A stretch of DNA of 64,000 bases from a virus. Positions 38,041 through 48,565 of this stretch are shown piece after piece; the first letter of the stretch is position 1, and the number at the start of each line of letters is the position of its first letter. The notes under the pieces were generated by a model. It did not search any database. It was not told where the DNA came from and worked only from the letters and a program-made list of their open reading frames with translations. A program made the position numbers and the translations under genes. The stretch spans positions 52,087 through 116,086 of IMG/VR virus record IMGVR_UViG_3300037418_002133, one strand, 5' to 3'.

Positions 38041-40499
38041 TACGCAGCCTTCTCGGCCGCGAAGTCCACAGGACAGGCGCCACCTTCGCAATCGACATGC
38101 TCAAAGCCGACGTCCTCCTGCATACCATCAGCAGCGATCGCCGCAGCGATATGCTCGAACTCAGCCTTGGTGACCGCCTGTTCCGGCTGATATTCGAACG
38201 CCGTGGTGTCGATCTGCGGCATCACCGAGCAGCAGCGAATCTTGAACTGCCCCTTGATCAGCGTGTCCAGGAAGCGGTCGAAGGTGATCTCCTTCGGCTT
38301 GTACTTTAGCGTATAGGAGACCTGGTTGCCGGTTTCGGGAAGCGGCGTCACGCCATCCGCTTCGACGCCCGTAAGCCAGTATTTTTCGAGCAGTTGCAGG
38401 AAGCGATATTGCTCCTCCGGTGTCGCCTCGGCCGCGGTGACCACCCAATCGCCACCATCGAGGTCGCAGATCGCCGGCTTGGTCGGGAAACCAACGACGG
38501 TCGTGCCCTCGTAAGTCTTGAGGCGCTTGATCGGGTAGCCTTTTTCCTCGTATTCCTTGACCAGCGGATCGTCGTTGCGGAATTGCACCCAGCGCAAGAA
38601 CTCGCGCATCGAGGGCAGGTGGGCGCCCTCTGTCAGTCCGAACAGCTTCGAGGTCGTGCCGGCGGGCTTGAATGTCGTGTTGGTGTGCGGCGTATTGACG
38701 CCGAGTTGCTTCGAATAATATTCAGCCTCCTCGACGATCGCCCGCTTGAACCGCGACATGGTCAGCCACAGATCCTTGGACTTCTCCTCGTCGATCAGAT
38801 CGTGCCAGGTGTATTTGAACCGGGCATAGGCCCATTCGTGGAAACCTGTGATGCCGACGCCGATCCGGTTGGTGCGGGTGACCTCGCGCTTGTAGAGGAA
38901 GTCCATCAGATTGACGCGGATAAGGGCGCGGGTCGCGGTCCGGAACGCATCTTCAGCGTCATCGTCGTTCTTGGCGTGGAACGGCACGACGTCTGCAATG
39001 GTGCAGTAGCCGCCCAGCAGCAGCAGCACGATTTCGCCGCAGGGATTGGTGATGACCTTGTAATTCAGGCCAATCGCAGCCTTGGCCAGCGCCTGCATCA
39101 ACGGCAAGGACTCGGTGTCGAGTTTGAAGCGCGAGCTTTCCGCAAACAGACCGTCAGCGTATTCCTCGATGCCGGAATTGTTCTGGGTCAGGCGATCCTG
39201 ATTGATGATGCCCGGCTCGCCGGTCTTGTCATAATAGGCGGCTTCGGCGATTGCCATCATGACCCGGTATGCGTGCGCTTCTTCTGCCGAAATACGCCGT
39301 CCACGCAGCAACCAGGCGATCTTCTCCTCGTCGTTCCGGAAGCCTCTAAATTCAGCGCGACCGTCGGTCATGAACTTGCGAACCTTGAGCACGGCGTCCC
39401 GGAAGTCCTGGTCGACCGTGACCGAGTTGTTCGACGACCACAGAAAACCGCCGCGCTTAACCTGGATGAAGTCCAGAACGCTCTCGTCTCGCCAATACTT
39501 GGTGGCCATACGGGCCGCACGACGCGCTCCACCCACGAGAACGCATTCCGCGGCATAATGGTCGGCGTACATCGCAGCGCGCCAGGGAGCCATCCCAGCG
39601 TCCCTGAGCTTGGCGATATTGACGATGGCGCCCATCAACGGGCCGGGACCGCTCGCGGGGCGGCCCTGCATCCCCATGATCGGCGCGTTCTTCGGTCGAA
39701 CCCCGGTAAAGTCCAGGATCAGGACTTCGTCGCGCCGACCCTCGAACGCCATCCGCTCGATTGTCTCGAACGCCTTGGCCCAGCCCTCGCGACTGTCGGG
39801 GACGTCGAACGTGGTGATCTTGCGCCCTGAATAGAGGTGCTCGGCGTCGCGCTTGGTCTGGTAGCCCTGGATGATGCCCTTTTCGACGTCCTTGTGGCTC
39901 CAATCGATCGTACAGACCACGATCGGCATCTGGTTCAGGTCCGCCTTGATCATCGCATCGTCGTAGGCGCGGCCGACGCCGGATCCATTGAGTAGCAGGT
40001 AGAACAGGATGAAGGTTGAGGCGCTGGTCGAACAGTTGGTGAAAACTTCGCCGGGACGGCTCGGCTGCGTTTCATCGCCGTGTTGCAGATGCCGGCCCGA
40101 CATCAGAAGGGACGCCTGGCGCAGGTGATGCCGAAGTTGCTCGCGCTCTGGCAATTGGAAAAGTGGACGCGGTTCCAGAAGAGAATTGCCGAGAGCGACA
40201 CGCTCAGCGACGTCTTCCCACTCCTCGACTTCCTGCCGGCCGATTGCCCAGAAATGACCCGACACCGCAACATCATCGCCGTGCGCGACATGATATTCGC
40301 CGTTCGTCACGTAACCCTGATTTTCGGCGTGCTTGACGATCTGAATATCCAGCGACTGATTGTCGTCGCGAGGAACTAGGAATTTAATCCGGCGGGGTTT
40401 CTTGTATGTGCGGACGATCTTGCGGTTGATGGTGCGGTCTGCAACGGCCTTACCCATTGCTCCAAAGTAGTGACGTGCGGACGTGGAAAGCCGGCTCAT
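38040..40499 (-). CDS. nrdJ: class II (B12-dependent) ribonucleotide reductase
   Basis: TNPCGEI, RIGVGITG, KPAGTTS, C-terminal CEGGACP. Confidence 0.9.
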   Translation of the reverse strand: MSRLSTSARHYFGAMGKAVADRTINRKIVRTYKKPRRIKFLVPRDDNQSLDIQIVKHAENQGYVTNGEYHVAHGDDVAVSGHFWAIGRQEVEEWEDVAERVALGNSLLEPRPLFQLPEREQLRHHLRQASLLMSGRHLQHGDETQPSRPGEVFTNCSTSASTFILFYLLLNGSGVGRAYDDAMIKADLNQMPIVVCTIDWSHKDVEKGIIQGYQTKRDAEHLYSGRKITTFDVPDSREGWAKAFETIERMAFEGRRDEVLILDFTGVRPKNAPIMGMQGRPASGPGPLMGAIVNIAKLRDAGMAPWRAAMYADHYAAECVLVGGARRAARMATKYWRDESVLDFIQVKRGGFLWSSNNSVTVDQDFRDAVLKVRKFMTDGRAEFRGFRNDEEKIAWLLRGRRISAEEAHAYRVMMAIAEAAYYDKTGEPGIINQDRLTQNNSGIEEYADGLFAESSRFKLDTESLPLMQALAKAAIGLNYKVITNPCGEIVLLLLGGYCTIADVVPFHAKNDDDAEDAFRTATRALIRVNLMDFLYKREVTRTNRIGVGITGFHEWAYARFKYTWHDLIDEEKSKDLWLTMSRFKRAIVEEAEYYSKQLGVNTPHTNTTFKPAGTTSKLFGLTEGAHLPSMREFLRWVQFRNDDPLVKEYEEKGYPIKRLKTYEGTTVVGFPTKPAICDLDGGDWVVTAAEATPEEQYRFLQLLEKYWLTGVEADGVTPLPETGNQVSYTLKYKPKEITFDRFLDTLIKGQFKIRCCSVMPQIDTTAFEYQPEQAVTKAEFEHIAAAIAADGMQEDVGFEHVDCEGGACPVDFAAEKAA

Positions 40500-40546
40500 T
40501 TTCGAGTCCTTCAGTTTTGAATTTGACGGGAATCTGCAATCCTAAA

Positions 40547-40564
40547 TAAGTCAGAACTGACTTA
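40547..40564. promoter_or_regulatory. operator palindrome upstream of nrdJ
   Basis: TAAGTCAGAACTGACTTA. Confidence 0.8.
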
Positions 40565-40598
40565 CAAAGGAGATATTTCTTTTTCTTGGGGTTGACGA

Positions 40599-41201
40599 TC
40601 AGGCGGCGTTTGCCGGCACCGTTCGCCACAAGGCGAGAAGCTGCTGGAACTGATCGGTCTTGATGCCGGCGTGGGCAACGGCAACGGCGTCGGCGACGTG
40701 TTCCTCGCTGTCACAGATAGCGCCTTTGCGTCGAATGACCTTGCCCTTGCGAGTGAGATCAGCCGGGTAGCGCTGCCATGGCGCCTTGGGATAATGCTCG
40801 CCGGCCCACTCGATGATTTCTTCCTTCGAGGCGGTCTTGGTGCCGACGGTCGCCAGTTTCGTCTCTTCCGGCTGAACCTGAATGACAGGGACGGGACTGG
40901 ACGCGACCAAGGCTGTCGCCGCGCCAAAAGCAAAAGCGGCGCGGGCGCTCTGCGCGCCAACCGGAATTTCAGCGAACACGATGCGACAGGGGCGAACCAG
41001 TTCGTGATAAACGCCGATGATTTGCTTGCAGCGTTTCAGATCGTCGGAGTTGCGCCGGACCTGTTTCGACTTGTCCTTTTCGGTGACGATCGTGGTGAGG
41101 CTTTCGACCGCAAATTCAAGCGTTTCGAGCCGCAGCAACAGCCTGGCGACACCAAAATGCGTCAATGACGGATCTAACGCAGCAATACGCACAACCGTCA
41201 T
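40599..41201 (-). CDS. ruvC: RuvC-like Holliday junction resolvase
   Basis: IAALDPSLTHFG, VFAEIP, ASKEEII, EHVADAVAV. Confidence 0.8.
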   Translation of the reverse strand: MTVVRIAALDPSLTHFGVARLLLRLETLEFAVESLTTIVTEKDKSKQVRRNSDDLKRCKQIIGVYHELVRPCRIVFAEIPVGAQSARAAFAFGAATALVASSPVPVIQVQPEETKLATVGTKTASKEEIIEWAGEHYPKAPWQRYPADLTRKGKVIRRKGAICDSEEHVADAVAVAHAGIKTDQFQQLLALWRTVPANAA

Positions 41202-41743
41202 TACCAGCTTCCCCAGGTCGGATTGTCGGAATAATTCTCTTGTTTTTCTTCCTTTTTGGCGTCCCGTCGTTCCAATTCGTTCTTTCGACGCTTGCGCTGT
41301 ACGATTCTCTTGCCCTCCGCCATCTTGCGAACAAGAGCCTGATGAACCGCGCCGGTAATGAACTCTGCGCGCCCTTCGTTCAATCGCTCGTATTCCTGAT
41401 CTATAGCGATCGGCGTGAAGACCGAAACGAAATAGGGATAGTAGCTGTCGTAGTGGTTCGTGCCGACTTCACCCCAGACATGTTTGATGATGGTGTCTTC
41501 GAGACGATAGCCCTCAAGGCCATCCTCCTCATTGACCTCGACGACCTTCACGTAGGCGAGCGGCTCGCCCGACAAGATCAGACTTTTAAGTGTCGCCGCG
41601 TCCTTGACGACCGCGATATCCTGCAACGACGATCGATAGCCGTCTTCTTCATCCTCGATCACCTCATAGATCGTGTCGTCGAGTTTGAAGCGATTGCCAT
41701 CGGCGCCGTAATAAGCGACCGTTTTGCCGACGAGATCCTTCAT
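41201..41743 (-). CDS. hypothetical protein ending YSDNPTWGSW
   Basis: Coupled to neighbours. Confidence 0.7.
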   Translation of the reverse strand: MKDLVGKTVAYYGADGNRFKLDDTIYEVIEDEEDGYRSSLQDIAVVKDAATLKSLILSGEPLAYVKVVEVNEEDGLEGYRLEDTIIKHVWGEVGTNHYDSYYPYFVSVFTPIAIDQEYERLNEGRAEFITGAVHQALVRKMAEGKRIVQRKRRKNELERRDAKKEEKQENYSDNPTWGSW

Positions 41744-42243
41744 CACCAGCTTCCCCAAACCGGATTGTCTGAATATTCGTTCGCAAGTTCAGCATTGCGG
41801 GCTTTCTCGGTCGCGACCTCTTCCTTACGAAAGGCGTCTCGCGCCGTCTTCAAGAAGGCTTTTTTGACAGAATTCCAGGTTGCGTCTGCCGGGCAGGGCT
41901 CAGGGCCGATGATGGCAACAGCCAGCATCTGCTCGAAACCGTCGAAGACGTCGAAGACCTTCTTCTCGTCGATCTCCAGCCATTCGTAATCGTCCGGCTC
42001 AAGCGGCGTGAACAGAAAGATGAATTGGCCGCGAACCCCAGTGGTCACACCTTTGAAGGTAAAATCGACGTTGGCGTCGAATTTCTTGGTACGGTAGCTG
42101 CCGTCGGTTCGCTTGACGCTGGACGAAAACATCTTTGAGTTTTCGAACGCGATGCTGTCGGCATGAACATTTGCCATGATCTTTTCGATCAAGGCGTTAT
42201 TGGCGGACACAATTGCTGAATCCGCCAATGTTTCTCTTTTCAT
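41743..42243 (-). CDS. hypothetical protein ending YSDNPVWGSW
   Basis: Downstream of operator 42256-42271. Confidence 0.7.
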   Translation of the reverse strand: MKRETLADSAIVSANNALIEKIMANVHADSIAFENSKMFSSSVKRTDGSYRTKKFDANVDFTFKGVTTGVRGQFIFLFTPLEPDDYEWLEIDEKKVFDVFDGFEQMLAVAIIGPEPCPADATWNSVKKAFLKTARDAFRKEEVATEKARNAELANEYSDNPVWGSW

Positions 42244-42281
42244 AATCGGGCCCTAAAGTCAGTTCTGACTTACATTATAGC

Positions 42282-42695
42282 TCAAATGCTTCGGGTCACA
42301 TCAGGCTTTTCAGAAAATTCTTCAGCCAGTGTAATCAGGAACGTTTTGATCATCTTGTCGAGGATCGGCGCCCTCTCAGGGAGACGCGATAGCCCGGTGC
42401 CGAGACCGTCGGCCGGGATGACGACGTCGAAGCCCTGTTCGAGCTTGGCGCGAATTTTCATTAGATCCTGCTGAATAATTTCAGCACAACGCGGCTCGTC
42501 GTCGGAGAAGAACGACCGCGAAAGGTTGTCGGGAGCCCACTTCGTTGCTACGCCGATCGCGTTCGGCTCACCACGCATGGCATTAGCCTGACCTCCTAAA
42601 CCCTTGCGGCGCGTATTGTCGCCGAACACGTAGAAAGTGCCGGGGTTGTTGCGAACATCCTCGCGCGTGATCCACTTTTGAAATCGAATGGGCAT
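42282..42695 (-). CDS. phage protein, possible macro-like fold
   Basis: YVFGDN..KGLGGQA..RGEPNAIGVATK...PADGLGTGLS. Confidence 0.6.
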   Translation of the reverse strand: MPIRFQKWITREDVRNNPGTFYVFGDNTRRKGLGGQANAMRGEPNAIGVATKWAPDNLSRSFFSDDEPRCAEIIQQDLMKIRAKLEQGFDVVIPADGLGTGLSRLPERAPILDKMIKTFLITLAEEFSEKPDVTRSI

Positions 42696-42986
42696 TTTAC
42701 CACTCCTCGAATAGGTCGAATTCATTCCCCGACAAGGACGAATAGGGCTCATATGATGATTCGTTATCGGTGAAGGTCATCGACCCGCCGTTGCTGAAGT
42801 TAATCACCAACGATCCGTCGGCGCTTGTGATTGTGCCAGCGGTTAGCGAGCCCATTTCGGCTTTGATCGCGTTCAATTCCTCGACCGAAACGATCGGCGG
42901 AATAATCTCTTGCGCGGGTGCTGCTGGCGCAATCTTCGCGGCGATCGGCGCCGTGGCGAAAAGACCAAGAAGTGAGCGGCGATTGA

Positions 42987-43250
42987 TCACCAGAGATCCT
43001 CCGAGAAAAGCTGATAGGCGTTAAACCTGGGCGCGCTGATCTGTTTCGCGGCGAGAGCGATCTTGAGCGCTTCCTCGCGACTGACGAAACGACCCGTGTT
43101 CGTAAGAAACCCTTGTTCTTCGGGTTGAATTAACTCTGTGCAGCCTGCGGCGTGATAGGCATAAAGCAGCGTATGATGCCGCGCCGGCGGAAGGTCGGAA
43201 ATTGTCACATTCTTGATGCGAAGCGCCGCGGCGACGATACGTTCGGTCAC
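42987..43250 (-). CDS. phage hypothetical protein
   Basis: RHH...QGFLTNTGRFVSREEA...LFSEDLW. Confidence 0.7.
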   Translation of the reverse strand: MTERIVAAALRIKNVTISDLPPARHHTLLYAYHAAGCTELIQPEEQGFLTNTGRFVSREEALKIALAAKQISAPRFNAYQLFSEDLW

Positions 43251-45184
43251 GACAGCGCCTCCTCGACGGTCGATTTGCCGTCGACCTTCTTGACCGTGAT
43301 CGTATTACGGATCCAGTCCTTCAAGTCGCTATGCGAAATGACGAAAACCGAACCGCGATCCCTGGCTTTCTCTTCCAGGATCGTCATCAACCGCTCGCGA
43401 CCGGCATTGTCCAGCGCATCGTCGATTTCGTCGCCGATGAACAGCTCGATCGGCTTGCTGGCCCGGCGCCCGACCAGATCCTGCAAGGCGAGGGCGCAGG
43501 CAATCCGAACCTTGCGTTTTTCGCCACCTGAAATGCTCTTGAAGGTCTCACCGGCTGAGGCGCTCGTCACTTCGATGGAGAACTTCTCGCGAAGCTCGCC
43601 CTTGGCTGTCTTGACGAGCGTGGTCCAGGTTGCGGTGATATGTCCGTCGGTCAGGGTGCCGAGATACTTCGCGGTTTGATCGTTCAGAAACGGCGTCACC
43701 TCGTCGAGCAGAAACGCCCGAACGCCTGTGGGACTGAACACCTTCGCCACCGTCGTTGCGACCTGAATAGCCTTTTCGACCTCGTAATAGTGGGCTTTGG
43801 CCTCGATCAGATCGGTCTCGGCTTTACTCAGCGCGTCGGTCAGCCGCTCGATTTCAGCGTCGATCGGGTTAGCCTCGTCGCGCCTGGTCTTTATCTGACC
43901 CACAAGCGACGCCAGGGTCTTTTTATAGCTCGAAATTTTCAGTTCCGTCTTCTCAATTTCGGCCATCTGCTCTTGCAGGGAAGCTCGTAGAGCGTAGGTC
44001 GCAGACAGATCAGTCATCGTAGCGCGAAACGCTTCCAAAGCGTCTGTCGCGCTCTTGACGCACTCTGACGCTGCATCCTTCTTCGCTCGCGCTTCGATCA
44101 GCGCGTGATTTGCTTTGGAGATTTCGTCCATTGCCAGCTTCTTCGCCGGCAGAATGTCCGCCTCGGTGAACGGACGCGCACAGGTGCTGCACGGACAGCC
44201 GACCTTGTGATCCAACGACTTGAACTTGGCGTTGCTGGTCTTGAGGGTGTTGTCGAACACCGCAAGATCGGTCACGGCCTGTTCCAGACCCCGCTTGGCC
44301 TTCTCGACGGCAACGACGTACTCACGTTCCTCGACCTTCTCAGCCGCGGCGCCGGCGATGTTTGCATCCAATGCCTTGATGCGATTGGCAACGATCGTCT
44401 TGTCGCCCTTGGACACCAGGCTTGTCTCCAACGTGACGATCTGCAATTTGCAGTCCTTGGCGTCCGAATGCAGTTCGCGGATGGCGACGAGGCGATTTTC
44501 CTCGAATTCCTTGCGACGAACCTTCATCGCTTCGAGGTTTTCGGTCTTGTGCGCCACACTGAGCACAGCCGTATTGAGAGCCATATTTGCCGCTGACAGA
44601 TCTTTTTGCTTGTTATTCAGACGCTTGTTGGCTTCCTGGTAGGCCGCTTCGAGCAGCGTCGCACCGGACGCCTCCTCGATCAGTACCTTCAGTTGCTTGT
44701 CAGTCATGCTCGGCAGATCGGGCATCTTCTCCTGACCCGAATAGACCGCGCCAGTGAAGACCTCGTGCGTACAGCCAAGGATCTGCTCGACCACCTTTTG
44801 CGTCAGAGCGGTTGTGCCCTTCGTCAGGTCGGTTTCATCCTTGCCGTCCTTATACTGGACGACCTTCAGCGAATTCTTGCCGGTTGGGTGCTTGCGATAG
44901 CGGGCGACGACATACATCAGATCGCCTTCGGCAATCGTCACGGTGACAACCGTGCCCTTGCCAGCCGTTCGATTGACAACTGCATCACCATCCTCGCCGC
45001 GCGCTGTCACGCCATAGAGGCACCAACTGATCGCGTCGAAGATCGAGGACTTCCCGGCGCCGTTCGAATCGGCCGATGTTTCGTCCGTCTCGCCCTGAAC
45101 ACCGACCAATCCGCGATCAGCGAGGGAGACGTTCGCGTTGCTGATTGCGAGGAAATTGGAGATATCCACGTTTACGAGTTTCAT
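43247..45184 (-). CDS. sbcC: SbcC/Rad50-like ATPase
   Basis: SNGAGKS, coiled coil with CSTC hook, ISGGEK, FIGDE, VISH. Confidence 0.92.
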   Translation of the reverse strand: MKLVNVDISNFLAISNANVSLADRGLVGVQGETDETSADSNGAGKSSIFDAISWCLYGVTARGEDGDAVVNRTAGKGTVVTVTIAEGDLMYVVARYRKHPTGKNSLKVVQYKDGKDETDLTKGTTALTQKVVEQILGCTHEVFTGAVYSGQEKMPDLPSMTDKQLKVLIEEASGATLLEAAYQEANKRLNNKQKDLSAANMALNTAVLSVAHKTENLEAMKVRRKEFEENRLVAIRELHSDAKDCKLQIVTLETSLVSKGDKTIVANRIKALDANIAGAAAEKVEEREYVVAVEKAKRGLEQAVTDLAVFDNTLKTSNAKFKSLDHKVGCPCSTCARPFTEADILPAKKLAMDEISKANHALIEARAKKDAASECVKSATDALEAFRATMTDLSATYALRASLQEQMAEIEKTELKISSYKKTLASLVGQIKTRRDEANPIDAEIERLTDALSKAETDLIEAKAHYYEVEKAIQVATTVAKVFSPTGVRAFLLDEVTPFLNDQTAKYLGTLTDGHITATWTTLVKTAKGELREKFSIEVTSASAGETFKSISGGEKRKVRIACALALQDLVGRRASKPIELFIGDEIDDALDNAGRERLMTILEEKARDRGSVFVISHSDLKDWIRNTITVKKVDGKSTVEEALS

Positions 45185-45376
45185 CGATAGTCCTCAGTGA
45201 GAAATCAGGGAAAGGCAGTAGAAGAACGAATGACCGGCGCGACATTCATTCCAAACGTCGAATTTCACCCACACCGAAAATAGCAACAGCGCGGTAAAGC
45301 CGAACGCCAGAATCACATAGGGAAGGTCGCGTTTAATGCCGATCCAAACGTTCTTCATATTCGAACCACCTTGTTT

Positions 45377-45750
45377 TTATTCGTTGTCCGCTTCGAGCTT
45401 GTCGGCGCAGTTTCCACACATATTGTCACAGCCGTCGCCAACGGTGCCGTATTCGGGTGTTCCAGGGAATGCGCCACATTCGGTACAGGCGCCGGCTTCC
45501 TCGTTCCGGACATAGACCCAGCCCATGACGTAGGCGCCATCTTCGCCACGCGAGACGACAGCGTTATCGTCGATCTCCACGTCGCCGTCGGAGCCGAAGC
45601 CGTACTGTTCCTTCGCCTCTTCGACGAATAGTTTGTCGACCACTTCATCAGCGGCTTTGATCGCCAACCTCTCGACCAAATCCGGACAAACATCGGCACA
45701 GCGCTGCATAATCACGCGCTTTTCTTCGGGGCGAAGGTCGATCCAGCTCA
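45377..45750 (-). CDS. hypothetical protein with C-terminal CxxC motifs
   Basis: Start MSWIDL; EIDDNAVVSRGEDGAYVMGWV. Confidence 0.55.
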
Positions 45751-45917
45751 TGGTCTGACCGCCTTTAGTCCAAAAAGCTCCGACGTGGACATGATTTCGT
45801 GATTGGGATACAGGGTTTCCGCCAATTCGTGCGCATCCCATTCGCCGATAGCGTAAATGATCACACCGCCCTCGATCGTGTGGTCCGAGTGCAGTCGTAA
45901 ACGCACGAGAAACGGTC

Positions 45918-46211
45918 TCACGCCGCGTCCTCCCAGAGGTATTCCGGACGATGCTTGGTGTTGATCCAGATCCCGTAATGCTCTCGCATGGCTCGCTGGA
46001 AATGTCGCCAGTCGCTCAGATCGCACGGGCCTGGCTTACAATCCAGGCATTGCTTGCCAAGCGCGAGCTGGGATGCGCCGTCGTGGTGGACGTCGATGCC
46101 GTTCACAGAGAATCGACCCACGCAACAGCCGTCTTCGGCGTTGACCCAGACAGTCCTGCCGTCTGAGACGATTTCAAACGAGCCGTTGATTTCGGAAAAC
46201 GGGATCATCAC
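45918..46211 (-). CDS. hypothetical protein
   Basis: Operon overlap. Confidence 0.55.
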   Translation of the reverse strand: MMIPFSEINGSFEIVSDGRTVWVNAEDGCCVGRFSVNGIDVHHDGASQLALGKQCLDCKPGPCDLSDWRHFQRAMREHYGIWINTKHRPEYLWEDAA

Positions 46212-46561
46212 GCAGCCTCCGTACCGAGAGCCGCGCCCAGGTCGCCGCTGATCGCAGCCTCGACCGTGTCAATCGCCGGCGCGATGTCTTCCGACGTGAC
46301 ATGCGCGGGTGCATCGTCGGCGCGCTCGTAGTAGTCGCGGCGTGCGGTACGAACCGGCGCCTCGGACGTCATCGCCTGGCGCGTGATTTTGACGCCGTTG
46401 TGTGGAAACCTGAATTGATAGGCGATCGCGGCGGAATGCGGCAGATCGGTGATGACGTAGGAGATCGTCTCGATCCGCTCGTTGACGCGGCGCCCTGTAT
46501 CCGGGTCGTAGCTATAGACGAACTTGTTGCGGAACATTTCGACGGTGTATAGCTGCGACAT
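46208..46561 (-). CDS. hypothetical protein
   Basis: Promoter box 46618-46630 upstream. Confidence 0.65.
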   Translation of the reverse strand: MSQLYTVEMFRNKFVYSYDPDTGRRVNERIETISYVITDLPHSAAIAYQFRFPHNGVKITRQAMTSEAPVRTARRDYYERADDAPAHVTSEDIAPAIDTVEAAISGDLGAALGTEAA

Positions 46562-46649
46562 TCTAAATTCCCCGGATCGTTTGTAACTTCTGCGATCAGT
46601 ATAGCGCTACTGATCGCGGAAGTCGGTTGGCAGCGTCAGGTAGATGCGT

Positions 46650-47030
46650 TCAGCGAACGTCGATGCTCGGCAGGATCGTCGACGGCTTGAAGGTCACACG
46701 GTAGAAGTACGTGCCGACCTTCGCCTCCTCCATCTGCTCGGAGAAGTAGGTGACGTTGTCGCTAAGGCCGAGGAAGTGCTTCTTGTACATGCCGGGACCG
46801 GTCTTGCAGGTCACGGAGAGCTTGCGCGCTTCGTGGGTCTGCGAACAGAGTCCTTCGATCGTCAGCATGTAGTCGCCGGTGATGCCGTTGTAGAACACGA
46901 TCCGGCGATTGATTTCGAAGTTGTCCGCTGCCTGGGAGAGGTTGCGCGACGCCACGTCCGCGTCATTGGAGCAGCCAGTGATGCCAACAGCGATGCCGAT
47001 CAGCGCAAGTCCAAGGATGGTCTTCTTCAT
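46650..47030 (-). CDS. phage lipoprotein
   Basis: Signal peptide + ITGC; DADVASRNLSQAADNFEINRRIVFYNGITG. Confidence 0.8.
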   Translation of the reverse strand: MKKTILGLALIGIAVGITGCSNDADVASRNLSQAADNFEINRRIVFYNGITGDYMLTIEGLCSQTHEARKLSVTCKTGPGMYKKHFLGLSDNVTYFSEQMEEAKVGTYFYRVTFKPSTILPSIDVR

Positions 47031-48121
47031 ATCGTAACACTCCGGATGGTTGAGAGAATGTCTGAGGCGCTCTCCTTGGTCATCAAGGCGAGATCCTCAT
47101 CGAGCGACAGCCCGTCGATGTATTTGTCGACCGACTCGTCTAGGGTTGAGGCTTTAGCCAGGGTCGAACCTGACCGGGCTGATACGACCTCGCGCGTGAC
47201 CTGAAACGTCACACCACACGCACCCATTTCTTCGAGTTCGGCGCGCATCGTGTTGATTTCGGAATCGGTCAGTTTGAGCCCTCGGATGCGGACGTAGTTG
47301 TCATCGACGAGGAGAGGTATCTCTTCCGGATCATCGTCCCCGGTGATTTCGATGAACGATGGCGCATGACTGGCGCAGAACTCCAGACGGTCCGGATAAA
47401 CCAGCAGAAATCCCGCCTGGGATCCAATGTCACCCCATTGTTGATGGGTCGTTGCCCCAATCGATACGACCTTGCCATCTTCCATGACCTTGTGATTGTG
47501 ATAGTCTCCCGCGAAGACGCGCTTGAAGCCCCATCCCGCGACCTCCGCGGCCGACAGACCGGAATCGGGCACGCCCGTCAGCACCCCGTCGATGCCGACG
47601 TGAATGATCAGATCGATGTCCGATAGCGAAATGCCCTTCGAAGTGAGTTCTTCGGCGATCTGCGCAATCTTGAGCCGCAGTTGCGTCTTATTGGCCTGCC
47701 AGGGGACCATCGCGACCGTCGTTGTGCCTCCGACGTTAATCAGGCTCCAGTCGGTCGTGATCAGGAAATTATCCAGGGCGCCCAGCGACTGAAATGCGTT
47801 GCCGAGTGCCGTCGTGTCCTTGCCGACCAGATCGTGGTTGCCGGGAATCGCCCAGATGAAAACGCCTTTGGCGAGGATCCCCTGAAACGCCTCGTGAACC
47901 GGATTGAACACTTCCGGGTCGATCGAGCCGCGAACATGGAAGAGGTCACCAGCGATGAACATGTTGTGTCCACCCCGGTCGAGCAGCTCCTGCGCCGCCC
48001 GTTTCAGTTCGTCGATGATGATCTGAAGGCGCGAATTGACGCCATCCTCGTTGACGGTCGAGAACGCACTCCATTTGTGCGCGTGAATGTCGGAGACGAT
48101 CAGATAGGGCGCTTCGGACAT
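47027..48121 (-). CDS. sbcD: SbcD/Mre11-like metallophosphoesterase nuclease
   Basis: SDIH, AGDLFH, PGNHD, GDYH. Confidence 0.9.
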   Translation of the reverse strand: MSEAPYLIVSDIHAHKWSAFSTVNEDGVNSRLQIIIDELKRAAQELLDRGGHNMFIAGDLFHVRGSIDPEVFNPVHEAFQGILAKGVFIWAIPGNHDLVGKDTTALGNAFQSLGALDNFLITTDWSLINVGGTTTVAMVPWQANKTQLRLKIAQIAEELTSKGISLSDIDLIIHVGIDGVLTGVPDSGLSAAEVAGWGFKRVFAGDYHNHKVMEDGKVVSIGATTHQQWGDIGSQAGFLLVYPDRLEFCASHAPSFIEITGDDDPEEIPLLVDDNYVRIRGLKLTDSEINTMRAELEEMGACGVTFQVTREVVSARSGSTLAKASTLDESVDKYIDGLSLDEDLALMTKESASDILSTIRSVTI

Positions 48122-48486
48122 CACGCAGCCTTCATCGTCACGGGCTTGGCGGCGTGCTTGGCGCGGCATTCCTCCTTCTTGGCGAGGATGCGCTCGATCT
48201 CCTTCAACGTCTCAATACGGACGTCGTAGCCGAGCACTTCCGCCAGCGAATAGAGGGTGCATTGCACGCCGGCGATCTCCTGCGGAACGTCACCCTTCTT
48301 GCGGACGTAGTATTCGTAGCAGAGCATCGCCGCGAGCTTGTCGAACGGCATTCCTGCCGCCCGAACCAGTTCGAAGAATTCCTCGGCGAAGCGCAGCAAG
48401 CGCTCCTCTGGATTGGTCATGTTCTCGACGCCAAAGACTTCGGTGCCGGCTGACACGGTATGTTCTTGAAGGTCCAGATCGCGCAT
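48121..48486 (-). CDS. MazG-like nucleotide pyrophosphohydrolase
   Basis: RFAEEFFEL...QEIAGV; operator 48498-48514 upstream. Confidence 0.6.
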   Translation of the reverse strand: MRDLDLQEHTVSAGTEVFGVENMTNPEERLLRFAEEFFELVRAAGMPFDKLAAMLCYEYYVRKKGDVPQEIAGVQCTLYSLAEVLGYDVRIETLKEIERILAKKEECRAKHAAKPVTMKAA

Positions 48487-48565
48487 TGTGTCCTCAATAA
48501 GTCAGAACTGACTTGAACAATATAGCGAGAAAGCAGCGGGAAGCGATCGGCAGATGCACCCCTCT

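Noticed and set aside
29218-39830. Long + strand ORFs (e.g. 29218-30285, 30264-31445, 32820-34001, 38394-39830)
   Set aside because: Antisense shadows of well-supported minus-strand genes in GC-rich DNA
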